Shown here piece after piece: positions 1-10,282 of a stretch of DNA of 48,138 bases. Both the position numbers and the translations under genes were made by a program. The DNA lies in NCBI GenBank assembly GCA_964542855.1, contig CAZIWJ010000001.1:1-48138 (forward strand), in the 5' to 3' direction. How positions within the stretch are numbered: the stretch's first letter is position 1; every line of letters begins with the position of its first letter. The notes under the pieces were generated by a model. It did no database searches, was not told the DNA's origin, and saw only the letters and a list, made by a program, of their open reading frames with translations. This stretch comes from an uncultured Roseivirgaceae bacterium. Lineage in GTDB: Bacteria; Bacteroidota; Bacteroidia; Cytophagales; Cyclobacteriaceae.

Positions 1-277
1 ATTGACCATATCTATCTGTGATATAAAATCTTTCAATACGTTTTTCATGACAATAGTTTTAGTGCATCATAAATTAAACAAAGCCCATACCATTGTAAAA
101 ATTCAGGATATTGAGCGAAGCCACCCGACATATTGACCGGATTTGCGTCATTATTTCGTTAAAATGTAAAAGGTTAATCACAAAAAGTCAGTTTTTGGCC
201 GCAGCAACTTGTTCTCCGTGGTACTTTGTACTGAAAACTGTTAAATTTACAAGAAATAAAGATTTGTGTACGATCTT

Positions 278-2386
278 ATGAGAAGTGGCGTAGTTGGTGC
301 TTTCCTATTTTTTATATGGAGTATACCTGTTCTTGCCGTTCCGGATAGCGATAACGTATTTACGTTAACCAGCGAGAGAAACCAGTTTAGCGATCGTCTT
401 AACGAACACCTTTTTATTTACGAGGATTCAACCAATGCCCTGGGTATTGAATCAGTAAGAAATCGCAGCAACTGGGTTCCCTATCGTGAGCAAAAATCAT
501 TTAATACGGCCAATACCTACTGGGGAAAATTATCCATTGCCAATACCCTAAACCGCGATACTTACTGGGCCTTAATTATCCATCCTTACCTGCGGATCAG
601 CGAAATTGAAGTACATATTTTTACTAACGATGAACATCACGTAAAAAAGTCGGGTAAACTGGTTCCTTTATCAGAGCTTGACCTTCGCAGAGAACGTTTT
701 AACCGGGTAAATCTTTTCCTTCCTGAAAACCAGGCGGCTGAAGTTTACATAAAAGTTACTAACCAGAATCACCGCCCTATTGATTTCCAGTTACAGCTCA
801 TCCAACGCATTGAGTGGGCTAAAAAAATTCAAACCGATAATATCATCCAGGCCATCTTCCACGGTATCCTGTGGATTATGATATTTTATAACCTGTTCAT
901 GTACCTCACGGTAAAGGACCGCGCTTACCTGTTTTATGTCCTCTACATGTTCATGTTGTCGGTGTACGCAATATATTATAAAGGGTACCTAAAAACGTAC
1001 CTTACCGGTAACATGCCCGAATTAAACGAATACATCTGGGTAATATCGGCTTACTCACCCAGCATATTTTACTTCCTGTTTGCCCGGCATTACTTTCTGA
1101 TCCGGGCCCGCTTTCCCCGGGCCGACAAGGCTATCATGATAAGCGTGAAAGCAAAAGTAGTAGCTGTATTCATCTTGCTGATTGTACTGGTTTTTACTTT
1201 CAATACCCAACTGGTTGGCGACATGGGGTCGTACATTATGCTGGCCGAAATCGGGGTGTATATCTTTTACCTCATCCACGTGATTATTGCTTCCCGGCGC
1301 ATCAGAAACCGGAATGCCATTTACTTTGTGGTGGGTACGTCGGTGCTCATCCTTTCGGCCATTATATTTATTATTCGTTCATTAACTGCCGATGAAAACG
1401 TATACCTGATTCTGCAAGTAGGTATATTGATTGAGTTACTCTGCTTTTCCTACGGATTGGCCGACCGGATGAAACAGCGAGAAACCAAAATCAGGGACTC
1501 CCAGAAACGGTTAATTGAAGAATACCAGAAAAACCAGCAGCTTCAGGTTGAAATTAACCAGCAACTGGAAGCTAAAGTGAGGGAAAGAACGGCCCAGATT
1601 GAGCAACAAAACACGGCCATTCAGCAAGCCAACGGAGAAATTACCCGTAAGAACAAGGAGCTGATCGTACTGAATGAAGAAAAGAACAACCTCATGGGTA
1701 TTGTTGCACACGACCTGGGATCTCCCCTGGCCAACGTTAAGCTGATGACCCAGCTTATTCAGCAAAGCGATAGTAACTTAACCCAGAAACAACAGGAGCT
1801 ATTAGGCTACGTAATTGAGTCATCGGAAAGCATGATGCAGATGATTAACAAAGTGCTGGATGTTAATGCAGCGGAAACCCGTCAGTTGAAACTCGATAGA
1901 AAAGAAATTACCGTATCCAGTATCCTGCAACAGTCGGTAGAAAGCTTCTCGCTCATGGCCAACGACAAGGGGATCTCCCTTGGTAAAAACTATGCAGATA
2001 CGGATGTAAAAATATTAACTGACCCTTTCTACGCCAGGCAAATTTTCGATAACCTGCTATCTAATGCCATTAAGTATTCTCCTGAACACAGTGAGGTGAC
2101 TATCCAGACCCAGGTTCATGATAATGAGGTTACCGTAACATTTATTGATCAGGGACCAGGTATAAAAGAGGAAGACCTTCCTTTTCTGTTTACCAAGTAC
2201 TATACCACAGAAAACAGGCCCACTAAAGGGGAGAAATCTTCCGGGCTTGGTCTATCCATTGTAAAACGTTATTCCAAATTGCTGGATGCCAGCATAGCTT
2301 GTGAAAACAATCCGGATGCTGGCATTACTTTTACGGTTTCCTTCCCGGTTAATATACCGATTTCTCAAACCATGAAGCAACCATAG
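278..2386 (+). CDS. 7TM-DISM-type sensor histidine kinase (extracytoplasmic sensor domain, seven TM helices, coiled coil, HisKA + HATPase_c)
   Basis: The ORF is open from GTG 266. The first ATG at 278 gives a hydrophobic N-terminus (MRSGVVGAFLFFIWSIPVLA). An extracytoplasmic domain of about 170 aa is followed by a block of about seven hydrophobic helices, then a coiled coil (QKNQQLQVEINQQLEAKVRERTAQIEQQ). The H-box is AHDLGSPL, and N/G boxes are present (NLLSNAIKY, DQGPGI, GLGLSIV). No response regulator lies adjacent in the window. Confidence 0.85.
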   Translation: MRSGVVGAFLFFIWSIPVLAVPDSDNVFTLTSERNQFSDRLNEHLFIYEDSTNALGIESVRNRSNWVPYREQKSFNTANTYWGKLSIANTLNRDTYWALIIHPYLRISEIEVHIFTNDEHHVKKSGKLVPLSELDLRRERFNRVNLFLPENQAAEVYIKVTNQNHRPIDFQLQLIQRIEWAKKIQTDNIIQAIFHGILWIMIFYNLFMYLTVKDRAYLFYVLYMFMLSVYAIYYKGYLKTYLTGNMPELNEYIWVISAYSPSIFYFLFARHYFLIRARFPRADKAIMISVKAKVVAVFILLIVLVFTFNTQLVGDMGSYIMLAEIGVYIFYLIHVIIASRRIRNRNAIYFVVGTSVLILSAIIFIIRSLTADENVYLILQVGILIELLCFSYGLADRMKQRETKIRDSQKRLIEEYQKNQQLQVEINQQLEAKVRERTAQIEQQNTAIQQANGEITRKNKELIVLNEEKNNLMGIVAHDLGSPLANVKLMTQLIQQSDSNLTQKQQELLGYVIESSESMMQMINKVLDVNAAETRQLKLDRKEITVSSILQQSVESFSLMANDKGISLGKNYADTDVKILTDPFYARQIFDNLLSNAIKYSPEHSEVTIQTQVHDNEVTVTFIDQGPGIKEEDLPFLFTKYYTTENRPTKGEKSSGLGLSIVKRYSKLLDASIACENNPDAGITFTVSFPVNIPISQTMKQP

Positions 2387-2428
2387 ATCCGGCTAGTACA
2401 GCTTTGCCATTGATTGCCCTGTGTTGCT

Positions 2429-2902
2429 TTACTTTACCAGCCCTTTACGGCGGAGGATGCTTTCAATGAACTTCCGTTCGTTTTCGTTTTTAAATATTTT
2501 AAAAGGCAGGTGAATCATTTGTGCCTTTGAGATGATAAACAGAAAATGGTCTTTTCCTATGTTGGCTTTTTTAATATTATCCCATTTAATAGGCATCCCC
2601 TGCTTTGAATTCAGTTTAATCAGTATCTGCTGGCTGTTAATTTCGTAACTCAGCCGCTCGAACAGCGCTTTATTTTGCTCTACCTGGGTAACCCCGGCAA
2701 ACTGGATAAGCCAGAACAGAATATATAAAAGTAGGGCAATGAGGGCACCAGTAATCCACCAGTGCGAGGGAATGAAGAAAAAGCCACTCATAATGGCTAC
2801 AACAATTAAAAATACCCACCACTGTTCTTTCAGGATATTAACCAGGGCCAGCTTCACGTAAGTACCCGTATCCAGTTTATATTTTTTTGTTTTTACGGTC
2901 AT
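2429..2902 (-). CDS. YcxB-like small membrane protein (two TM helices plus a PH-like soluble domain)
   Basis: This 157-aa ORF has two adjacent hydrophobic helices (WWVFLIVVAIMSGFFF and ITGALIALLLYILFWLIQF) followed by a soluble C-terminal domain of about 80 aa. Its start codon overlaps the nadC stop codon (ATGA on the minus strand at 2899-2902). The family assignment is from architecture only. Confidence 0.5.
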   Translation of the reverse strand: MTVKTKKYKLDTGTYVKLALVNILKEQWWVFLIVVAIMSGFFFIPSHWWITGALIALLLYILFWLIQFAGVTQVEQNKALFERLSYEINSQQILIKLNSKQGMPIKWDNIKKANIGKDHFLFIISKAQMIHLPFKIFKNENERKFIESILRRKGLVK

Positions 2903-3759
2903 ATTTTTGCTTTCAAACTCATGTCAATACTGCTAAAGGAGTGGGTAAGTGCTCCCACCGAAATATAATCCACACCAGTTTCAGCCACGGTAACGATGGT
3001 TTCTTCTGTAATGCCTCCTGAAGCCTCTGTTGCGTAGCGCCCGTCGATAAGCTGCAAGGCTTTTTTCATGGTTTCGGGCGACATGTTATCGAGCATAATG
3101 CTGCTCACTCCTTCCAGGCTCATTGCTTCCTTCACTTCTTCCAGGGTACGGGTTTCCACTTCAATATTCAGGGGCTTACCAATTTTATCGAGGTAATTGC
3201 GGCTACTTTTTACCGCCTGGGTAATACCACCGGCGAAGTCGATGTGGTTATCTTTTAGCATCACCATGTCGAACAGGCCAAAGCGGTGGTTTTTACCACC
3301 CCCGATGCGTACTGCCCACTTTTCACATAAACGGAAATTAGGGGTTGTTTTTCGGGTGTCAATCAACTGGGCATTAGTATGGGCAATCATATCGGAGAGG
3401 CGACGGGTATAGGTAGCAATCCCGCTCATGCGCTGCATGCAGTTTAGCACCAGCCGTTCGGCCGTAAGTATACTGCGGGCCGAGCCATCTACCCGAAATC
3501 CTACATCTCCGGGCTTCATCCGGTCGCCATCATTCAAATGAATGTCTACCTTCAGATCGGGATCGATATAGTGAAAAATCATTTCAGCCAGTTCAACCCC
3601 GGCCAGCACGCCTTCACCCTTTACCAGTAACCGGGCTGTATTGCGGGCACTGGCTGGAACCGCCCCCAGGGTAGAGTGATCGCCATCGCCGACATCTTCC
3701 TGAAAAGCACTGGAAATAAACGCCTGAACGGCTTCTTTGGAATGACTTAGCATTTTCAC
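2899..3759 (-). CDS. nadC: nicotinate-nucleotide (quinolinate) pyrophosphorylase, carboxylating
   Basis: The 286-aa product has a typical type II QPRTase layout. The N-terminus carries EDVGDGDHST, and later motifs are TRKTTPNFR, GGGKNHRFGLFD, MLKDNH, IMLDNM and ASGGI. Confidence 0.9.
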   Translation of the reverse strand: MKMLSHSKEAVQAFISSAFQEDVGDGDHSTLGAVPASARNTARLLVKGEGVLAGVELAEMIFHYIDPDLKVDIHLNDGDRMKPGDVGFRVDGSARSILTAERLVLNCMQRMSGIATYTRRLSDMIAHTNAQLIDTRKTTPNFRLCEKWAVRIGGGKNHRFGLFDMVMLKDNHIDFAGGITQAVKSSRNYLDKIGKPLNIEVETRTLEEVKEAMSLEGVSSIMLDNMSPETMKKALQLIDGRYATEASGGITEETIVTVAETGVDYISVGALTHSFSSIDMSLKAKI

Positions 3760-3765
3760 GCTGCA

Positions 3766-3799
3766 AAATTAAAAAAGGCACTGATAAGAACCAGTGCCT
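3766..3799 (-). terminator. rho-independent terminator downstream of gcvP
   Basis: The minus-strand RNA reads AGGCACUG-GUUCUUAU-CAGUGCCU, a perfect 8-bp stem, followed by UUUUUAAUUUU. It starts about 27 nt after the gcvP stop and ends about 7 nt before the nadC start codon. Confidence 0.7.
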
Positions 3800-3825
3800 G
3801 TACGTTTTTTCAATTGTTTTCTGTG

Positions 3826-6729
3826 TTAATCCTCAACCGCAGCGGCTTCTTCTTCCTGGTAGTACTCTACCGGAATACAGCTGCACATCAGGTTTCGGTC
3901 ACCGTAAGCGCTATCAATACGGCTAACGCTGGGCCAGAATTTACGGGTGTATACAAAAGGCAGTGGATAGGTAGCCTTCTCCCGGGTATAGTTGTGCTTC
4001 CATTCGCTGGCCGTAACCGTATCTACGGTATGCGGAGCATTTTTCAGCACATTGTCTTCCGCATCGGCTTTCCCGTTTTCAATTTCCCGAATTTCTTCCC
4101 GAATCTGTACCATTGCATCGCAGAAGCGGTCTAGCTCGGCTTTCGACTCACTTTCCGTAGGCTCAATCATCATAGTACCCGGTACTGGGAAAGAAACCGT
4201 TGGGGCATGGTAGCCATAGTCCATTAAACGTTTGGCAATATCTTCCACTTCAATGCCTGCTTTCTTGAAAGGCCGGCACTCGATGATCATTTCGTGAGCG
4301 CTTCTGCCCTTTTTACCGACGTATAACACATCGAACTGTCCTTCCAACCGGGTTTTAATGTAGTTGGTGTTAAGGATGGCAATTTTAGTGGCGTTGGTAA
4401 GGCCCTCGCCTCCCATCATAGCAATGTAGGCGTAAGAAATAGTTAAGATACTGGCACTACCCCATCCGGCAGCCGAAATGGAAGTAATGGCTTTTGAGCC
4501 TCCGCTGTGAATTAACGGGTTACCGGGCAGGAATGGAGCCAGGTGACTGGCCACACAAATTGGTCCCATGCCGGGGCCGCCGCCGCCGTGAGGGATACAG
4601 AATGTTTTGTGCAGGTTCAGGTGGCACACATCGGCCCCGATATTAGCCGGGCTGATTAGCCCTACCTGGGCATTCATGTTTGCCCCATCCATGTAAACCT
4701 GCCCGCCGTGCTTATGAATAGTAGCACAAATTTCCTGGATATTTTCCTCGAATACACCGTGCGTGGAAGGGTAGGTTACCATAAGGGCAGCCAGGTTTTC
4801 GCTATGTTTTTCAGCTTTGGCTTTCAGATCTTCGATGTCAATGTTGCCGGCATCGTCGCAGTTTACCAGTACCACTTTGGTTCCGGCCATTACTGCACTG
4901 GCAAAGTTGGTGCCGTGCGCTGAAGTAGGCACTAGGGTGATGTTTCTCTCCGTATCACCATTGTTCAAGTGATAAGCCCGAATTACCATAAGCCCGGCGT
5001 ATTCGCCCTGGGCTCCGGAGTTAGGCTGCAAGGAGGTGGCTGCAAATCCGGTAATTTCATTCAGCCAGATTTCCAACTCCCTGAACATTTCCTGGTACCC
5101 CTGAGTCTGGACAAACGGGGCAAACGGGTGAATATTTGCGAAATGAGGCCACGAAAGCGGTATCATTTCACTGGTGGCGTTCAGTTTCATGGTGCAGGAT
5201 CCCAGAGAAATCATGGAATGCACCAGAGAAAGGTCTTTATTCTCCAGTCGCTTAATGTAACGAAGGATTTCGTGCTCCGCATGGTAACTGTGAAATACCG
5301 GATGGGTCATGAAATCGGATTCACGGTTCAGGCCGTCTTCGTAGTGCACTTCAACCTGGTCGGCATAGCCGTACAGAATTTCAGCATCAATGTTGTTACC
5401 ACTGGCTTCTTCAAATATTTCCAGCAGCTCCATTACGTCTTCGTAACGGGTGGTTTCGTCCAGCGAAATTCCTACGCTGTTAACGAAATAACGGAAGTTA
5501 ATTTCTTTTTCCTCTGCTATTTTGCGGATTACCTCTTTGTCCTGAACGGCTACATTTAGTGTATCGAAGTAATTTTTATTGGTTTGCTTGTAGCCCAGCA
5601 TACCCAGTCCTTTCTCCAGCATTTTAGCCAGGCCGTGGGTTTTGGCAGCAATTTTCTTTAGCCCGTCGGGACCGTGAAATACCCCGTACATCCCGGCCAT
5701 TACAGCCAGCAGTACCTGGGCAGTACAGATGTTAGAAGTAGCACGATCGCGTTTAATGTGCTGTTCGCGGGTTTGCAGGGCCATGCGGTAAGCACTTTTA
5801 CCCTGTGAATCAATAGAAATACCGATAATTCTTCCCGGTACCTGGCGCTTAAACTGTTCGCGGGTAGCAAAAAAGGCTGCGTGAGGCCCACCGTATCCCA
5901 TAGGAATTCCGAATCGTTGGGAGCTGCCAACCACTACATCGGCCCCCATTTCACCCGGTGCTTTTAACAGCGTAAGGGCCAACAGGTCGGAACCTACCGC
6001 TACCCGTACTCCATTAACCTGGCATTGCTCGATAATGGGTTGAAGATTTTTAATTTCCCCGTTGTTGTCAGGGTATTGGGCATACACCCCGAATAAGTCT
6101 TCACGAGAGGCGTCCAGTTTAGTAATATCACCGAACTCCAGATCAATACCAATAGGCGTTGCCCGGGTTTTCAGGATATCGATGGTTTGAGGGAACGTAT
6201 TATCATCTACAAAATAGGTAAACGCCTTTTTCTTGTCTTTTTTTCGAAGGGAGAATAACATGGCCATGGCCTCTGCTGCTGCTGTTCCTTCATCGAGCAG
6301 AGAAGCATTGGCAATTTCCATACCAGTCAGGTCCATGATCATGGTCTGAAAGTTGGCCAGAGCTTCCAGCCGACCCTGGGCAATTTCGGCCTGGTAAGGG
6401 GTGTAGGCTGTGTACCATCCCGGGTTTTCAAGGATATTTCGCTGAATTACACCGGGAGTAATAGTATTGTAATACCCCATACCGATGTACGACTTGAAAA
6501 GAATATTTTTTTCAGCCAGTTTCTTAAAATCCTGTAAGAATTCTATTTCACTCTTGGGAGCAGGCAGATCCAGTGGCTTTTTCAGCCGAATGGCAGCAGG
6601 GATCGTTTCTTCAATTAGCTGGTCGATAGTATCTACTCCTACCGTTTTTAACATTTCATCTACCTGAAATGCATTGGGTGCGTTGTGCCTGTTCTCAAAC
6701 AGCGCCTTATCCTTTAAATTAATTTTCAT
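3826..6729 (-). CDS. gcvP: glycine dehydrogenase (decarboxylating), single-chain P-protein of the glycine cleavage system
   Basis: The 967-aa product is recognisable as GcvP over its full length. Examples are the N-terminal FENRHNAP...[22 protein letters not shown], and the PLP-lysine region [19 protein letters not shown]. Confidence 0.95.
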   Translation of the reverse strand: MKINLKDKALFENRHNAPNAFQVDEMLKTVGVDTIDQLIEETIPAAIRLKKPLDLPAPKSEIEFLQDFKKLAEKNILFKSYIGMGYYNTITPGVIQRNILENPGWYTAYTPYQAEIAQGRLEALANFQTMIMDLTGMEIANASLLDEGTAAAEAMAMLFSLRKKDKKKAFTYFVDDNTFPQTIDILKTRATPIGIDLEFGDITKLDASREDLFGVYAQYPDNNGEIKNLQPIIEQCQVNGVRVAVGSDLLALTLLKAPGEMGADVVVGSSQRFGIPMGYGGPHAAFFATREQFKRQVPGRIIGISIDSQGKSAYRMALQTREQHIKRDRATSNICTAQVLLAVMAGMYGVFHGPDGLKKIAAKTHGLAKMLEKGLGMLGYKQTNKNYFDTLNVAVQDKEVIRKIAEEKEINFRYFVNSVGISLDETTRYEDVMELLEIFEEASGNNIDAEILYGYADQVEVHYEDGLNRESDFMTHPVFHSYHAEHEILRYIKRLENKDLSLVHSMISLGSCTMKLNATSEMIPLSWPHFANIHPFAPFVQTQGYQEMFRELEIWLNEITGFAATSLQPNSGAQGEYAGLMVIRAYHLNNGDTERNITLVPTSAHGTNFASAVMAGTKVVLVNCDDAGNIDIEDLKAKAEKHSENLAALMVTYPSTHGVFEENIQEICATIHKHGGQVYMDGANMNAQVGLISPANIGADVCHLNLHKTFCIPHGGGGPGMGPICVASHLAPFLPGNPLIHSGGSKAITSISAAGWGSASILTISYAYIAMMGGEGLTNATKIAILNTNYIKTRLEGQFDVLYVGKKGRSAHEMIIECRPFKKAGIEVEDIAKRLMDYGYHAPTVSFPVPGTMMIEPTESESKAELDRFCDAMVQIREEIREIENGKADAEDNVLKNAPHTVDTVTASEWKHNYTREKATYPLPFVYTRKFWPSVSRIDSAYGDRNLMCSCIPVEYYQEEEAAAVED

Positions 6730-6909
6730 AGTTAATTTGAATCTCCGGTACGTACCGTACTAAAATGTACTGCTTGAACCTCTTTTTATGATTAAAAACT
6801 AAAGTTTAGCTTAAATATATCAGGGTAATAACCAAAAGCAATGATAATTGGGCTTATCACGCAAAACGGTTATCATCCGAATTAAGTTCTTTTACACTGT
6901 TTTAAAGTA

Positions 6910-8214
6910 TTATCTCTTTTTCCGGTTCTTTTTCCGGTCGGTTTTTCCGGTACGGAACGACCGTTTTTTTTTGTGGAAGGCCCCTTTGAAATCCGGGTTG
7001 TCCTTTTTCTTCTGCTCATCAATTTCGCGGGCCAGTAGCTGCTGTTCCTCAAAGGGAGTAGATGTAATTTCCACCGCATCGGGAATGAGAACTTTTTCTA
7101 CCGGACGGTGAATCAGCTCTTCTATTTTCTGCATGTGGTATTCCTCGGCCGGATTTACAAAAGTAATGGCTTCCCCCTGCATCCTGGCCCTGCCGGTGCG
7201 GCCAATCCGGTGCACGTAATCTTCGTACATCAGCGGTACATCAAAATTAATTACGTGGCTTAAAGCACTGACGTCGATGCCCCGGGCTACTACATCGGTA
7301 GCCACCAGGATGCGGATATCGCCGTTTTCCAGCGATTTGATTCCGTTAATTCGGGCATTCAGGTCTTTGTTTCCGTGAATTGCCCGCACTTCGCCAATTT
7401 TTTTCCGCTCGAGGTATTTATACAGGTTATTGGCCGTGGCCTTGGTTTTCACAAACACCATTACCCGCGAAAAAATATCATTTTCGGCCAGCATATACAC
7501 CAGCAGGTTAATCTTGGACTTCAGGTTGGGCACCCGGTACTGGTACTGCTGCACTGTTTCGGCCGTAGTGCTTTGCGGGGTAACTTCAACTACTTCGGGA
7601 AACTCCAGGAAGTCTTCGGCCAGTTTCTTCACTTTATCGGGAAGGGTGGCAGAGAAAAGCAGATTCTGCCGTTTCTTAATGCTCACCAGTTCCAAGATGT
7701 TATTAATTTGTGGTAAAAAACCCATATCCATCATCCGGTCGGCTTCATCGAGTACCAGTACTTCCACGTGGCGAAGCGACAACCCGGCCCCGGTGTAAAT
7801 ATCGAGCAGGCGGCCGGGCGTGCTTACAATAATATCGGTTCCGCCTTCCAGTTGCCGAACCTGCTTTTTTTTATTTACGCCCCCGTAAAAGGTAGCCGTT
7901 CGCAAATCCTGGTATTGCCCCAGCTTTTCGGTTTCAACGCTTACCTGCATGGCCAGTTCGCGGGTAGGCACCAGCACCAGCGCCCGGGGATGATCAATTT
8001 TAGCGTACTTCAGCCGCATCAGAACAGGAATGAGGTAAGCGGCGGTTTTACCGGTACCGGTTTGGGCTACGCCGAATAAATCGTGACCGGCCTGGATGCG
8101 CGGAATAGCCTGCTCCTGGATACTGGTTGGCTCGGTGTACCCGGCCTCTTCAATAGCCAGGAGCAGTTGTTTATTCAGTTTAAATTGATGAAAACCGGGC
8201 GTTATTTCGGACAT
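6910..8214 (-). CDS. DEAD-box ATP-dependent RNA helicase (RhlE-like) with a basic C-terminal tail
   Basis: The Q motif region is FHQFKL...GYTEPTSIQ. Motif I is AQTGTGKT, motif II DEAD, motif III SAT, and motif VI HRIGRTGR. The C-terminus is Lys/Arg-rich (KKKRSFRTGKTDRKKNRKKR). Confidence 0.9.
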   Translation of the reverse strand: MSEITPGFHQFKLNKQLLLAIEEAGYTEPTSIQEQAIPRIQAGHDLFGVAQTGTGKTAAYLIPVLMRLKYAKIDHPRALVLVPTRELAMQVSVETEKLGQYQDLRTATFYGGVNKKKQVRQLEGGTDIIVSTPGRLLDIYTGAGLSLRHVEVLVLDEADRMMDMGFLPQINNILELVSIKKRQNLLFSATLPDKVKKLAEDFLEFPEVVEVTPQSTTAETVQQYQYRVPNLKSKINLLVYMLAENDIFSRVMVFVKTKATANNLYKYLERKKIGEVRAIHGNKDLNARINGIKSLENGDIRILVATDVVARGIDVSALSHVINFDVPLMYEDYVHRIGRTGRARMQGEAITFVNPAEEYHMQKIEELIHRPVEKVLIPDAVEITSTPFEEQQLLAREIDEQKKKDNPDFKGAFHKKKRSFRTGKTDRKKNRKKR

Positions 8215-8216
8215 TT

Positions 8217-8840
8217 TTAGAATTTAATACCTACATCAAAGCTTACCAGGTCATTGTATACCGTTAATTCACCAATCGATGGCCCCAGCTCGCTGGTGAT
8301 ATTAATAAACCCCCTTCGATAAGTTACCCCGGCAAAGATAAGAGTATCGTAACCAATCCGGTACTCTACCCCTCCCCCGGCTACCAGGCCGGTATCGAAA
8401 AACTTAAACCCTTCAATAGCTTCAGGCTCGTCGGGCCCCTCGAACGATTCCTTAATTTTTACTTCCCCGTACAACCCCACCTGGGTGTAGATTTTTAAAT
8501 CGGTGGTTACTTCGTTGGTAAATAATTTCAGGGTTACCGGCACCTGGACGTACTGCAGGCGGTACAGCTGGTTGCCCACGTTTTGCAGGCCTACCCGTTT
8601 CACTACGTAAAAGGCTCCGGTACTGAAAAAGTACTTGGGGGTTAAAGCCTGGTCAACCACCAGCCCGGTGAGGGCCCGAACTCCCGACCCGTTACTGGAA
8701 ATACCTGTGGTTGCGTTAGTTTCTCCTTCCACCCGGTTCATGGAGAGAACCGGCGAAAATTGCAGCCCGAGCTTAACCTGTGCCTGCACACTACTAACAC
8801 ATGTAATACTGAGTGCAATTATAATGATGATTCTTTTCAT
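8217..8840 (-). CDS. small outer-membrane beta-barrel protein (porin-family/OMP_b-brl-like)
   Basis: This 207-aa ORF has a signal peptide (MKRIIIIIALSITCVSSVQAQ). It shows alternating hydrophobic beta-strand periodicity and a terminal aromatic residue (GIKF), as expected for an outer-membrane beta-barrel. Confidence 0.6.
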   Translation of the reverse strand: MKRIIIIIALSITCVSSVQAQVKLGLQFSPVLSMNRVEGETNATTGISSNGSGVRALTGLVVDQALTPKYFFSTGAFYVVKRVGLQNVGNQLYRLQYVQVPVTLKLFTNEVTTDLKIYTQVGLYGEVKIKESFEGPDEPEAIEGFKFFDTGLVAGGGVEYRIGYDTLIFAGVTYRRGFINITSELGPSIGELTVYNDLVSFDVGIKF

Positions 8841-8907
8841 AGGATAAATATCTTGTCGCCTGAATTCGTTACGATGTTGTTAACGATTGAAAAACAAAGA
8901 ATTAAAC

Positions 8908-9942
8908 ATGACTAAAAAGGTAAATTACCTTTCCCTGATTTTATTATACGTTATCCCCATATTTTTACTGTTAACCGGGGTAAGCTGTACAGGAATTGAA
9001 GAAGATCCCTGTACTAATGCCCCAGATGTTTCGGAGGTTAATATTAATTTACAAACCGAGCAACTGGGCAGGGAATTAATGAGCTCTTCCAGCCCGGAAG
9101 AAATCGGTACTTTCCTGAACAATAATCCGGAAGTTGCTGAAAAGTACCTCCTCAGCGGACGGTATCCGAACGATTCCATCCTGGTGAACGAATTATACCA
9201 ACGGGTTACTAACGCATCGTTCGATACCCTTTACAATGAAACGGTACAGGAGTATGGCGATTTCTCCGCAAAAAGCACCGAATTTAAGCAAGCCTTTCAG
9301 TATATCAAGCATTACTACCCCAATTTCCGTCCGCCAAAAATTAAAACCATCGTAACCGGTTTCCTGCACATGGACCGCGACCTGTACGTAGACGACAGCC
9401 TGATTGTGTGCGGATTGGATTTTTACCTAAAAGATTCAGCCCGCTTCCGCCCCAATATTTACATGTACATGCTGAAGCGCATTCGCCCACCTTACCTGGT
9501 GCCTTCTTCCATGCTTTTGTTTTCCGGTAGCTTTAACGAATCGGACCTCGAAGATAATACCCTTATAGCCGAAATGATTTACTACGGCAAGAGCTATTAT
9601 TTCGTAGATCACGTGCTGCCCTGCACCCCCGATACTTTAATGACCGGCTACTCGGAGGAGGAAATGCTAATGCTGGAAAACAGCGAAAAGAGCCTGTGGC
9701 AGTATTTCGTGGAAAAGGATATTCTGTTCTCGAACAATGTATTTGAAAAGAGGAAATACGTTAATGACCGGCCGGAGATCGTGGAAATAGCACCCGGGGT
9801 TCCCGGCAGGGTAGGCCGGTGGATTGGCTGGCAAATTGTGAAATCGTACATGCGCAACCATCCGGAGGTAACGTTACCTGAATTGATGGCTACCCGTGAT
9901 GCGCAAAAAATTTTCAAAGAAGCCGGGTACAGGCCCAAATAG
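8908..9942 (+). CDS. gldB: gliding-motility lipoprotein GldB-like
   Basis: The ORF is open from TTG 8887. ATG 8908 gives a lipoprotein signal ending in a lipobox (LLLTGVSC). Its size (about 345 aa) and sequence character match my recollection of Bacteroidota GldB, but this is recognition from memory with no search run. Confidence 0.55.
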   Translation: MTKKVNYLSLILLYVIPIFLLLTGVSCTGIEEDPCTNAPDVSEVNINLQTEQLGRELMSSSSPEEIGTFLNNNPEVAEKYLLSGRYPNDSILVNELYQRVTNASFDTLYNETVQEYGDFSAKSTEFKQAFQYIKHYYPNFRPPKIKTIVTGFLHMDRDLYVDDSLIVCGLDFYLKDSARFRPNIYMYMLKRIRPPYLVPSSMLLFSGSFNESDLEDNTLIAEMIYYGKSYYFVDHVLPCTPDTLMTGYSEEEMLMLENSEKSLWQYFVEKDILFSNNVFEKRKYVNDRPEIVEIAPGVPGRVGRWIGWQIVKSYMRNHPEVTLPELMATRDAQKIFKEAGYRPK

Positions 9943-10217
9943 TGGGAATGCTTCGGGAGAAAGATACTGTTCATTTACTAAAGCTCCCGACTGGACTTCC
10001 CTCACTGGAATTTTAGTATAAAAGCGAGTAACAAGCCTGTCATTATTTAGTGAACCTGGGCATAGGGTAGCGATTTGTTAATTAAGTTTACTGATGGCAA
10101 CAGGCCAATTAGTATACCATTGCCGGAAACGGGGCAAAACTGGTTTTATCGGGGGGGGTTGAAAAGCAGGTGTTCGATTTTGAACAGTGGCACAGGTTGA
10201 TACCTTCGCCTTGGGAA

Positions 10218-10246
10218 TTAAAAAAGCAGTTACCGGTGGCAACTGC
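10218..10246 (-). terminator. rho-independent terminator downstream of the 93-aa ORF
   Basis: The minus-strand RNA reads GCAGUU-GCCACCGGU-AACUGC, a 6-bp stem at 10226-10246, followed by UUUUUUAAUU. It sits about 35 nt after the stop of ORF 10283-10564. Confidence 0.5.
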
Positions 10247-10282
10247 CTGAAAAAATATACAATAAGTAAGTAGAAGCAGGTG

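Noticed and set aside
1-48. A possible 5' end of a minus-strand gene (MKNVLKDFISQIDMVN...) leaving the window.
   Set aside because: Only 16 codons are visible, which is too little to support a call. It would be divergent from the histidine kinase gene.
4969-5559. A 196-aa plus-strand ORF, plus similar long antisense ORFs at 11481-12074, 14091-14606, 17003-17473, 32686-33207, 36779-37177, 37187-37705, 38602-39111 and 39444-39917.
   Set aside because: Each lies wholly inside, and antisense to, a confidently identified gene: gcvP, batD, the DAACS transporter, patatin, coxE, coxL, coxG or the WG-repeat gene. All have skewed low-complexity compositions typical of shadow frames.
6730-6909. A glycine riboswitch in the gcvP leader.
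   Set aside because: I could not find the conserved tandem-aptamer core elements by eye in the 180-nt minus-strand leader. Only a palindrome and a weak AT-rich hairpin (6842-6859) are present. This needs cmscan to exclude formally.
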